Shown here piece after piece: positions 1-7,980 of a stretch of 23,944 nt of DNA; position 1 is the stretch's first letter, and every line of letters begins with the position of its first letter. Both the position numbers and the translations under genes were made by a program. This DNA comes from Candidatus Xenobia bacterium (GTDB taxonomy: Bacteria; Vulcanimicrobiota; Xenobia; Xenobiales; QWHO01): the NCBI GenBank assembly GCA_045863235.1, contig BTUM01000107.1, positions 1-23,944 of the forward strand, in the 5' to 3' direction. The notes under the pieces are model-generated. The model ran no database searches, had not been told where the DNA came from, and saw nothing but the letters and a program-made list of their open reading frames with translations.

Positions 1-129
1 GCCCTGCTGGGTGGCCTGCGTTCCCGGAGTGGGCCGCGTGGTGCCTTCGCCCTGCTGGGTGGCCTGCGTTCCCGGAGCGGGCCGCGTGGTGCCCTCGCCC
101 TGCTGGGTGGCCTGCGTTCCCGGAGTGGG
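1..129. repeat. 48-bp coding tandem repeat, at least 2.7 copies, probably continuing off the edge
   Basis: The unit gccctgctgggtggcctgcgttcccggag(t/c)gggccgcgtggtgcc(t/c)tc starts at 1, 49 and 97. It encodes PGTQATQQGEGTTRP(T/A) on the minus strand. Confidence 0.95.
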
Positions 130-1485
130 GCCGTTTCCCTGCTCAGCCGGCCGGATGGTACGGCTCGGTCGCGCTCCCCGGTCGGTCCCCTGACGAGGCT
201 CCACCAGCCCCGGCCGTACCTCCTCAGCCTTGTTGGCTGTGCCCGGAGGCTCCAGGCCGGCCTGCTTGTGGAGCCAGTTCTGCAGCTTGTCGGCCTTACC
301 GGGGTCGTCCTCGAATCCCTGGAAACGGTTGAGTTGCCCGGGCTTGAGCCCTTGCTGCTTCTCCACCTTGCCCAGATCGAGGTTCTTCATGTAGTCCTCG
401 TTCTTGGGCTGCTGGCGGGTCATCAGGTCGGCCATCTGAGGATTGAGCGCCTTCATCCGCTCTTGATCCTCAGGACTGGCCTTCAGATAGCCGTCGCGGA
501 AGTTGTTGTGGAAGGCTTCCCGGTTCTTCAGAGAGCCGTCCGCCCGCTCCTTGGCCTCATCGGGCTGGTAGCCGCGCTGCCGGTAGAGGTCGTTGAGCAG
601 CTCCTTGTGGGCTTCGGGCTTGGAGAGGGCGTCTCGGTAGCCGGCTCCCAGATTCATCCCGTGGGCCAACTCGCGCCCCTGACGACCCTCCTTGTTGGCC
701 GCCTGGGCGTGGTCGGCGCGCAGCTTGTCCATCTCGGTGGAGACGGCCTGGTTGCGCTCGCTGCGGGGTTTATCCAGAATTGAGGTGTCCAACGACAGGC
801 GATTTCTCATCGCGTCGTAGCCGTTGCCGCCCCTGTCGCTCAGGTCGATGCCCTGTAGATGGCGGGCCTGGCTGTCGTCAAGCTGCATCGCCTCGTCGAG
901 AGCCGAGCGGCGTAACCGTGAGCGCTCCTGTGGGTCGCTCACTCCGCCGTCGTTGATCTTCGTGAAGGCGCGCAGGGCCTGGTCGCGGTCCTGGGGCTCG
1001 ATGCCGTTGAGGTAGTTCTGATACCAGTTTCGGTCGGGAGTGGTCAGCGCGTCCTGCCAGTTCTCGACCTTCTCGAGCTCGCTGCCCTTGAGCTTGCTCT
1101 GGCTGGTGAGGCTGCCCGGCTCGCCGTAATTCTCGGTGAGGCGCCGGCTGAAGGCGTCCAGGCCCCGCGCCTTTTTGGAAGCGTCCTCCTCGCGCAGCTC
1201 CGCGCTCTGCTCGAAGCTATCGTTGAGACGTCGCGGGGGAGCGCTGGATTCGCTCTCGCGCACCGCCGTGGTCGACCGGGCGTCGGTGGTGGAGGTCGTG
1301 GAGCGGGCCTGGGTGGCCGACTTGGAGGCGCTGGACTGGCTCGCGCCCGAGCTCGACGAGGAGTTCGAGCCGGAGGACGAGCTCTTGGAAGGCGTGCTCG
1401 AGGAAGCCGGCTTGGGAGCCGGCGGCTTGGGCTTGGGCTTGGAGCTGGTGGTGCTCTTCTTGCTGCTGGAAACTTTGTCTACCAT
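1..1485 (-). CDS. Large hypothetical protein (3' end outside the window): Ser/Lys-rich disordered N-terminus, helical middle, 16-aa tandem repeat
   Basis: Absent from the ORF track because no stop lies in the window. ATG at 1485 overlaps the upstream TAG (ATGGTAG), and the frame stays open to base 1 (495 codons): MVDKVSSSKKSTTSSKPKPKPPAPKPASSSTPSK...PPRRLNDSFEQSAELREED...PGTQATQQGEGTTRPAPGTQATQQG. Confidence 0.85.
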   Translation of the reverse strand, partial: MVDKVSSSKKSTTSSKPKPKPPAPKPASSSTPSKSSSSGSNSSSSSGASQSSASKSATQARSTTSTTDARSTTAVRESESSAPPRRLNDSFEQSAELREEDASKKARGLDAFSRRLTENYGEPGSLTSQSKLKGSELEKVENWQDALTTPDRNWYQNYLNGIEPQDRDQALRAFTKINDGGVSDPQERSRLRRSALDEAMQLDDSQARHLQGIDLSDRGGNGYDAMRNRLSLDTSILDKPRSERNQAVSTEMDKLRADHAQAANKEGRQGRELAHGMNLGAGYRDALSKPEAHKELLNDLYRQRGYQPDEAKERADGSLKNREAFHNNFRDGYLKASPEDQERMKALNPQMADLMTRQQPKNEDYMKNLDLGKVEKQQGLKPGQLNRFQGFEDDPGKADKLQNWLHKQAGLEPPGTANKAEEVRPGLVEPRQGTDRGARPSRTIRPAEQGNGPTPGTQATQQGEGTTRPAPGTQATQQGEGTTRPTPGTQATQQG

Positions 1486-2927
1486 GTCGTCGCCCCCACC
1501 AGCAGCTCGTGCATACCCTCAGAGAAGAATTCTCGCCACCGATCGAGCACCATCTGGAGGATCTCACGCTCGGGGTCGGTCAGATGGGCCAGCTCGGTGG
1601 AAAGGGACTGCAGGTCGGAGCCTGCCTGGGCCAGGGCCACCATTCCAAAACCCTCGTCCAGGTTGCGGGCCACCCGGCCGAGTTGGGCCAGCAGGCGGTA
1701 GGCACTGGGGTTGAGCCCTTCTGCTTCGCCGCGCTCGATCCGCCGTCCCCACACGATGATCTTGTCCAGCGAGTCGGCATCAAAGGCCTGGATGGCCAGC
1801 CAGACCAGCCGCTTGAGCTGCCCGCCCGGACCATCGCCTGTCTCTTCGGTCAGAATGCCGAGCATGCGCAGCAGTCGGCGGGCCGGCTCTTCCGTACGGC
1901 TCGAAAACAGCGCGTGCAGCGCCCGGCAGAGCAACCGATTGCTGATGTTGCGGGCCATCTCGCCCAGCAGCGCCAGGGTCGCCAGCATTCCCGGCTTGGC
2001 AAGCAGCGGTCGCAGGGTTTCCAGCGCCTGGTCGGGGTTGGCATCAAGTTTTGCTTCCAGGGCAGTGGCTGCCACCAGTCCGGGGTGCGGCTCGAGCAGG
2101 AGCTCGCCCAGGACTGGTTCCGGGCGAGGCAGAGGCTCGCCAGCCGGATTGTCGGTCAGAGCGGCCTCGCGCACCCGAGGCTCGGAGTCGGCCGCCAGGC
2201 TCCCGAGCAGGAACTGCACCTCGGGGCGGTTGCGGGGCAATTCGCGGGCAACCAGCTCGCGCAGGGGGGCCTCGGGAGCCGCAGCCAGCAAAGCCAGGGC
2301 TTGCACGGCTTCGTCCTGAGGAACGAATCGGGCCAGCACATGGACCAGGGATGCTCGCACAATGATCGATGGATCGGTGACCAGACGCACCAGACTGGCC
2401 CAGGGCCAGCTCTGGAAGTGGATCAGCGCGCCTGCCGCAGCGGCGCGCACGGCATCGCGGTCATCCTCGAGCGCCGCCGCCATCAGGTCGATGCCCCGCC
2501 CCTCGGGGACCTGAGGCAACAGGGCCAGGATGCCCTCGAGCAACACCGGGTCGGGATGCCAGGCGGCCTCCTCAAGTCGCTGCTCGAGAAAGGAGAGAAC
2601 CTCTTCCGGTCGATTGGGGGCCAGCGCGCCCAGCGCCACCAGTCCGCGCAGACGCATCTCCATCACGGGCGAGGTCAGAAGCTCGCCCAGCAACTGGGCC
2701 GCGGCCACCTCTCCGTGGGCCCGGCGGCCTACCGCCTGGCAGGCGGCATCCCAGACGTTGCGGTGCACATCTCGCACCAAACGCTGGGCCTGCTCAAACT
2801 GCTCGTCCGACCAGGGGCCCGGGTACTGATCCAGGGAGAACGCCAGAGAAACCCGCTGCCACGGGCCGGCTCCCGAAGTATTGGTCTCCTGGCGATGGGA
2901 CAACTCTTCCTCCTGTTCGGACCGCAT
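1479..2927 (-). CDS. HEAT-repeat (PBS lyase-like) domain protein
   Basis: Repeated HEAT signatures LEDDRDAVRAAAAGAL, LVTDPSIIVRASLVHVL, LAADSEPRVREAAL in a 482-aa all-helical protein. Confidence 0.85.
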   Translation of the reverse strand: MRSEQEEELSHRQETNTSGAGPWQRVSLAFSLDQYPGPWSDEQFEQAQRLVRDVHRNVWDAACQAVGRRAHGEVAAAQLLGELLTSPVMEMRLRGLVALGALAPNRPEEVLSFLEQRLEEAAWHPDPVLLEGILALLPQVPEGRGIDLMAAALEDDRDAVRAAAAGALIHFQSWPWASLVRLVTDPSIIVRASLVHVLARFVPQDEAVQALALLAAAPEAPLRELVARELPRNRPEVQFLLGSLAADSEPRVREAALTDNPAGEPLPRPEPVLGELLLEPHPGLVAATALEAKLDANPDQALETLRPLLAKPGMLATLALLGEMARNISNRLLCRALHALFSSRTEEPARRLLRMLGILTEETGDGPGGQLKRLVWLAIQAFDADSLDKIIVWGRRIERGEAEGLNPSAYRLLAQLGRVARNLDEGFGMVALAQAGSDLQSLSTELAHLTDPEREILQMVLDRWREFFSEGMHELLVGATTW

Positions 2928-3008
2928 CCTGATAGGTTCTTCCGCTACCGGGCCCGCCCCTGGTCATGGCGACCCGGTCGGGGTGGTCTCACCCCTGTCA
3001 GCAGTGTA

Positions 3009-3042
3009 ACAAACGCCCCGGGCAAGCGCCCGGAGCGTTTGT
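3009..3042 (-). terminator. Probable intrinsic terminator downstream of the SLT / acidic-protein pair
   Basis: Minus-strand RNA acaaacgcuccgggc-gcuu-gcccggggcguuugu forms a 15-bp stem (one G-U pair) ending in a U-rich tract. Confidence 0.6.
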
Positions 3043-3063
3043 GAACGGGATGTTTCCGATGTT

Positions 3064-3083
3064 AAAATTGTGTGAACAATTTT
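3064..3083. promoter_or_regulatory. AT-rich inverted repeat, possible transcription-factor site
   Basis: AAAATTGT-gtga-ACAATTTT in otherwise GC-rich DNA, upstream of the HEAT gene. Confidence 0.4.
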
Positions 3084-3113
3084 GCCGAGAGTCGGTGGGC
3101 GATGTTCGATGGA

Positions 3114-3569
3114 TCAGCCCAGCTGGCTGACAGCGTCTCGCATCTGCTGGTGGACGCCGGAGAGGACAGTGATGGCTTCATCGAGCAACTGCTCGTCGCC
3201 GCTGGCCAGATACTCATGCAGGCAATCGAGCGTGCCCTGCATCTGCTCGAGTATGACGTAGGTGGCTGCGAAGGCCTGCTCGGCCTGGGCTTCGAAGCCT
3301 TCTGGAATCGGAATCTGCTCCATCTTGGAGCGGACATCCTCGAGGTGTTGGCTCAGGCCGGCATAATAGCCCTCGAGGACTTCTGGTCCGACGAGTCCCT
3401 GGCGGACCTGCTTGAGAGCAGGGAGCAGGCTCGCGAACCCGGGGTTGGCTGCATCGATCGGACTGGACTCGAAATCGGTCTGGTCTTCCAGGGTCTGGTG
3501 CAGGTAATCGCTGGACAATTCGAACTGGTCGGTCAGTGTTTCTACCTCCGGGCTGAATAAAAGCGACAC
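3114..3569 (-). CDS. Small acidic alpha-helical hypothetical protein (start may be CTG at 3536)
   Basis: 151-aa Asp/Glu-rich helical ORF co-oriented with the SLT gene. GGAGG at 3549-3545 lies 8 nt before an in-frame CTG at 3536. Confidence 0.75.
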   Translation of the reverse strand: MSLLFSPEVETLTDQFELSSDYLHQTLEDQTDFESSPIDAANPGFASLLPALKQVRQGLVGPEVLEGYYAGLSQHLEDVRSKMEQIPIPEGFEAQAEQAFAATYVILEQMQGTLDCLHEYLASGDEQLLDEAITVLSGVHQQMRDAVSQLG

Positions 3570-3623
3570 GCTAAGCTTCCCTTTCTGAAGGCAAGTTCCT
3601 GTCCGGACGGGGCCCGGAGGGGA

Positions 3624-4427
3624 TCAGACGCCAAACTTGGCCCAGGGTTTGCTGGGGACCAGGTTGTTCATCACGTCGTCGGCGTAACGCTCGGCCATCG
3701 GGCCAGAGCCGTTGTAACGGCGAACAGCGGTGCGCCAATCGCCTGTTTGCTTGTAGAGTCCGGAAAGGAGTTTTGCGCTGTAGTCGATCTGGTAGGACAC
3801 GTCCTGTTTGCCGCGGTTGACATCGTAGTCCGGGTGGGCAGTGGTGTAGACCTGGCCGATGCCGAAGCTCTTGCCTCCATCGCCCACTGCACTGGGGTTC
3901 CAATTGGACTCCTTGTAGAAGATGGCTTTGAGGATGTCCGGGGGGATTCCATACTTCTTGGCCGCCGCCTCGATCATCTCGTTGAGTTGCTGTTTGGATG
4001 GGTTGGCCCCGTAATTAGGGATCTGGGCGCTGGGATCGGCCGGAGCGGCGGTCATTCCCGATCCGCTGCCCGAGCCGCCCACCGCATTGCTCCCGCCCCC
4101 GCCCGGAGACGATCCGCCGCCGCAGTTGGGGCAGCCGGAGCCGGCGCCGCCCATCCCCGGAGCACCTCCCATCCCCGGAGCACCGTTCTTGCCGCCCATG
4201 AGCTGCAAGAGCATGGTCAGCATCTGAATGAGGGTATTGTTCATCTGGGTCTGGCCCATCAGCATTTGCTCGGCCATTCCCTGGGGAGAGTTGAGTCCTC
4301 CAGCCCGCATGGCCGCCATCGAGTTGTCCGGAGAAAACCCGAACGGGTAGCTGCCCAGGTTGGCCCCGGCCAGGGGAGAGAATACCTGGCCGAGACTGGG
4401 AATTCCGGCGGCGCTGAAGGGGTCCAT
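3624..4427 (-). CDS. Lytic transglycosylase (SLT domain) with Gly/Met/Gln-rich N-terminal region
   Basis: SLT motifs AAAKKYGIPPDILKAIFYKESNWNPSA (catalytic Glu of ES), GIGQV and AVRRYNGSG. GAGGAG SD lies before the ATG at 4427. No Sec signal peptide. Confidence 0.92.
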   Translation of the reverse strand: MDPFSAAGIPSLGQVFSPLAGANLGSYPFGFSPDNSMAAMRAGGLNSPQGMAEQMLMGQTQMNNTLIQMLTMLLQLMGGKNGAPGMGGAPGMGGAGSGCPNCGGGSSPGGGGSNAVGGSGSGSGMTAAPADPSAQIPNYGANPSKQQLNEMIEAAAKKYGIPPDILKAIFYKESNWNPSAVGDGGKSFGIGQVYTTAHPDYDVNRGKQDVSYQIDYSAKLLSGLYKQTGDWRTAVRRYNGSGPMAERYADDVMNNLVPSKPWAKFGV

Positions 4428-4456
4428 GAGAGAGCTCCTCGTCGAGTGGTGACTTG

Positions 4457-4485
4457 ATTGTAGTCCTCTGCGAAACCTCCGTCAG
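4457..4485 (-). promoter_or_regulatory. Putative sigma70-type promoter for the SLT gene
   Basis: Minus strand CTGACG (4485-4480), 17-nt spacer, TACAAT (4462-4457). Confidence 0.5.
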
Positions 4486-4604
4486 CCCGGCCTGGTGAAC
4501 AAGTTGTGTACGTTGTGAAAGGAATGTTGCCGGCTCTCATCGTACCGGAGCGACTGACGTTCCTGGCAGGATTCCCTCGCTTCATCCCCAAACCCCGCCT
4601 TTCT

Positions 4605-6647
4605 ATGCGTCGGCTTCTCTGGTTGCTCTGCCTGCTGGTTTTGCTCCTCCCGGCCGGAGCCCAGGACGGCTATCCTCCTGTCGATAGCGAGCTGGTTTTC
4701 AGCGGGCGTATGTTCGATTCGTCCACCGCGGCCGTGCGCTTCTTGCGTCGCCTCAAGGCCCTGCCCTGGATGCGGGCCGGGCTGACACAAACCGAGAAGG
4801 CTCTGGGGATCAAGCTGGAAGGCGATTTTCTCGACTGGATGGACGGTCGAGTGGTGCTGGCGATCGTGCGCACCGATGACCGCTCTCCCTTGCACCATCT
4901 TTTCGGTGAGACGCCAGAGAGCGCCGAGCGCACCATTGCCTTCAATCTGCAGACACTGTACAACGGGGTGGCGATGTATCAGCTCGAGAAGAGCAAGCTC
5001 CCGCCCGATCTCGAGAGCCTGGTTCCCGAATACATCGCAGCCCTTCCCGAAGAGCCCTCGGGGGTCACCTATCGCATCGAGCCGGGTGCCGAGGGAGCCT
5101 GGTCCATCCAGACGACCTACCAGGGCGCCCCCGGACCGAGCATCAACAGCGAGAACGAGTTGACCCCGGAGTTGGACGTGGCTATGGGCGAGACTCCCCG
5201 CCTGAACCTGGTGCTGAGTTTTCGAGTCTATGATGTCGAGCGGGCGCGCCTGGCGCTGTCTCGCCTGCTGCCGCGGCTGGAAAACTTTCCCGGCATCACC
5301 GTTGAGCAAGCAGGTAACTCCGGTTGGGATGTGGCCACGCCCCCTCTTTCTGTGGCCGCCCGTCTGTCCCCCCACTGGCTGGTGTTCACGGACAACTCCA
5401 GTCTGGCCGAGCCGAGTTTGCAGAGCCTGGAGGGTCAGGCCCCTTCTTTGACCTCCAATCCCCGCTTTCAGGAAGCGCTCAGTCATTTGCCCGAGCGATT
5501 TCGCAACTACTTTTTTGTGGACGTGGCCGGTATCCTGGGCCACTGGCCCGGTCTGAAGATGGACGATCCGGTGTTGCAACAAGCTCTGGAGTCGGTGCAA
5601 TCGGTGGCGGGAACGACCAGTTATCGCTCCGACCAGGTCGTCTCGGAATTCTTCGTCTGTCTGGCGCCCCCGGCCGAGCACCCATTGGGCCAGCTCTTGA
5701 GCGATCCCGGGCCCACCGAGCTGACTCTGCTCCGCCAGGCTCCCTGGTCCACCGCTTACATCTCGGTGATCGACCTGGGGAAGAGCTACGATCTGGTCAA
5801 GCGAGCTGCCTCGGTCAACTCCGACACGGAGAGGATCTTCAGGGAATTGCTCGGTGCCGCGGAGACCTCGCTGGGCCTCTCCTTTGAAAAGGACCTTTTG
5901 CCCAACAGCACTGGCGAGATCGCTATCTGCTATGAGCAGTTGGACGTGTTGTTCGCGGCCATCATGCGCGAGTGGCGCGAGCTCACCAGCCTGCCTGAGG
6001 AGTCGGAGCCGGAAACCAGCGTGGAAGAGGCGGAGCAGCCTTCCCCGTCCCCCTCGCCTGCCCCCGGTTGGATCCCCGAGGGTCCACCTCCGCCGGAGGC
6101 GGAGGAACGTGAAGAGCCGGCCGAAAGTCCCAAGGAGGTCGATCTCGATCTCGCCTCGCTGCCCTATACCATCATCATCGGCCTGCGGCCCGGCCCGGCT
6201 CGCCAGGATATCATGGTTCGGCTGCGCGACAAACTCGGCTCCAAGGTCCGTCTCGAGCCCCACGCCGGTGTCGATGTTTTCTACACGGCAGACGATCAGG
6301 TTGCTTACGCCATCCATGGCAACTACCTCATGGTCTCGACCGGAGGCTCTTATCGCCTGATGCTGGCCACGCTCGACTCCATGACAGGGAGGGTCTCCCC
6401 CCTGTCGCGACTCAATAGCTATCAGACCTTCATCGAGGGGACCGAGGGGCGCGTCCTGGCGGCAGGTCATCAAAAGGTGGACGACGTCTACTCCTTGCTC
6501 AAAGGAATGATCTTGCTCTCGGGGGCTGAGTTCCGACCCGAGGCGACCGCTCTTGGTCGCTGGCGCGACGCCTATTCTATCTTGACCATCGAGCCCGGCG
6601 GTATCCGGCTGCGCTTCTCAGTCTATGCCACGGAGCAGGTCCCATGA
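4605..6647 (+). CDS. Exported DUF3352-like protein with an inserted pseudopilin/GspG-like segment
   Basis: ATG at 4605 gives the signal peptide MRRLLWLLCLLVLLLPAGA-QD, so the ORF-track start at 4506 is probably too early. DUF3352-like repeated blocks LGIKLEGDFLDWMDGRVVLA and LGLSFEKDLLPNSTGEIAI, plus SLTSNPRFQEALSHLP. Confidence 0.7.
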   Translation: MRRLLWLLCLLVLLLPAGAQDGYPPVDSELVFSGRMFDSSTAAVRFLRRLKALPWMRAGLTQTEKALGIKLEGDFLDWMDGRVVLAIVRTDDRSPLHHLFGETPESAERTIAFNLQTLYNGVAMYQLEKSKLPPDLESLVPEYIAALPEEPSGVTYRIEPGAEGAWSIQTTYQGAPGPSINSENELTPELDVAMGETPRLNLVLSFRVYDVERARLALSRLLPRLENFPGITVEQAGNSGWDVATPPLSVAARLSPHWLVFTDNSSLAEPSLQSLEGQAPSLTSNPRFQEALSHLPERFRNYFFVDVAGILGHWPGLKMDDPVLQQALESVQSVAGTTSYRSDQVVSEFFVCLAPPAEHPLGQLLSDPGPTELTLLRQAPWSTAYISVIDLGKSYDLVKRAASVNSDTERIFRELLGAAETSLGLSFEKDLLPNSTGEIAICYEQLDVLFAAIMREWRELTSLPEESEPETSVEEAEQPSPSPSPAPGWIPEGPPPPEAEEREEPAESPKEVDLDLASLPYTIIIGLRPGPARQDIMVRLRDKLGSKVRLEPHAGVDVFYTADDQVAYAIHGNYLMVSTGGSYRLMLATLDSMTGRVSPLSRLNSYQTFIEGTEGRVLAAGHQKVDDVYSLLKGMILLSGAEFRPEATALGRWRDAYSILTIEPGGIRLRFSVYATEQVP

Positions 6648-7243
6648 GTCGTATTCTTTCTCTTTCTCCAGCCCATGCTGCCGAGATCGAAAGCCTGGCC
6701 CGGCGCCTCTATCCTGAGAGCTACCATCTCAGCGAGGAGGAGATCGCCGAGAACCTCGAGGGGGTCGAGGAGGAGGGCTGCAACTTCTGTCTGGGTATTC
6801 AGGACGATGACAAGCGATTGGTGGGCTACCTGCTCGCCTGGTTGGACAACACCCTGATCGAGGGACGAATCGAGGACGTCGTGCTGGTCGACGACCTGGC
6901 GATGTTGCCCTCGGCCAGATCCCAGCTGGTGAACCTCTTGCGCTGCCTGCTGCGGGCCATGGACGAGGCGGGCTGTTCGGGCGCACCCATCGAGGGTACG
7001 GTGCGCAAGAGTCTGGAGCAGAATTTCACCGCCCATCCCGAGGTGGTCGAGTCACTGGGTTATCAGCTGGTGGGCAGCCACGAATACACCGATGAATCGC
7101 TGGAGGAGGTCCTGGTCTGGATTCGCTTCGAGGCGGTGGAGGGTAGGGTCCGCCAGTTCGACGACGAGGACGACGAGGAGCCCGACGAGCTCGAAGACCT
7201 GGGCGACACGGCCCGCCTGGAGTTGGAAGATGACTTCGCCTGA
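6644..7243 (+). CDS. GNAT-fold (N-acetyltransferase-like) protein with acidic tail
   Basis: ATGA overlap with the upstream gene. GNAT-like strands FCLGIQDDDKRLVGYLLA, VLVDDLAMLPSARS, VESLGYQLV. Confidence 0.65.
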   Translation: MSRILSLSPAHAAEIESLARRLYPESYHLSEEEIAENLEGVEEEGCNFCLGIQDDDKRLVGYLLAWLDNTLIEGRIEDVVLVDDLAMLPSARSQLVNLLRCLLRAMDEAGCSGAPIEGTVRKSLEQNFTAHPEVVESLGYQLVGSHEYTDESLEEVLVWIRFEAVEGRVRQFDDEDDEEPDELEDLGDTARLELEDDFA

Positions 7244-7877
7244 GCTGGTTGTCTTCGACCTGGATGGAGTGCTGATCGACTCGCGCGAAGCCAATGTCGA
7301 GGCCTTCAGCTACGGAATCGAAAGCCTGGGGTTGCCGCGGCCCCGTCCCGAAGAGGTGGAGCGCCTGATTGGCCGGACCGCGGGAGAGATGCTGGTGCAA
7401 CTCGGGTGTCCGTCCCGGGACGTGGGTCGCGTTTACGACCGGGCCGTGCTGCCTCGCTATCTCGAGTGCCTGGTCGACCTGGCCCGCCCCATGCCTGGCG
7501 CCAGCGAACTGCTCGACCTATTGACGCGGGCCGGAATTCCCGTGGCGGCCTGCACCTCAGGTGGTTTGGCCTTGCAGGAGTCGGTTCTACGCTCGCTGGG
7601 CTTACGGCAGGCCTTCGCAGACATCCAGTCCCCCTGCCGCTCGGCTCTCAAGAAGCCCGACCCGGGCTTTCTGGGGGAGCTGGTGGCCCGCTTTCCCGGC
7701 TCTCCGCGACGAGTGGTGCACGTCGAGGACCTGGAGGAGGGCTGCCTGATGGGGCGTCGCTGGGGAGCGGTGGCCGTGTTTGCCGAATACGGCTACGGCT
7801 GCTGGACCTCGCCGGAAGAGCCGGACCATCGCATCCACTGCCTGGCCGATCTGGTGCCGATTCTTTTCCCCGGTTAA
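7230..7877 (+). CDS. HAD-superfamily hydrolase (subfamily IA, phosphoglycolate phosphatase-like)
   Basis: ATG at 7230 overlaps the upstream gene. Motif I FDLDGVLIDS, motif II CTS, motif III KKPDP, motif IV VEDLEEG. Confidence 0.92.
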   Translation: MTSPELVVFDLDGVLIDSREANVEAFSYGIESLGLPRPRPEEVERLIGRTAGEMLVQLGCPSRDVGRVYDRAVLPRYLECLVDLARPMPGASELLDLLTRAGIPVAACTSGGLALQESVLRSLGLRQAFADIQSPCRSALKKPDPGFLGELVARFPGSPRRVVHVEDLEEGCLMGRRWGAVAVFAEYGYGCWTSPEEPDHRIHCLADLVPILFPG

Positions 7878-7980
7878 GCTTCACCTGGCGTTACCGCACC
7901 CCCGCTCATGGCTAAATCAGTCAACGTGCTGCGCCTCAGAGCAGAGGGATTCGTCACCCCCAGCCGGAACCCGGCACTCC

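Noticed and set aside
1..129. 48-bp repeats as a CRISPR array
   Set aside because: Units are contiguous with no unique spacers, the length is a multiple of 3 inside an ORF, and no cas genes are present.
3063..3091. Sigma-28-like promoter TAAA...GCCGAGAG
   Set aside because: The spacer is 17 nt rather than about 15, and it points antisense to the local genes.
268..3560. Long plus-strand ORFs 268..783, 1136..1714, 1509..3044, 3072..3560
   Set aside because: Antisense shadows of better-supported minus-strand genes, as is common in high-GC DNA; no recognisable motifs.
7710..7745. HAD motif IV VEDLEEG as a sign of inactivation
   Set aside because: EDxxxG is a normal motif IV variant in HAD subfamily IA; motifs I-III are intact.
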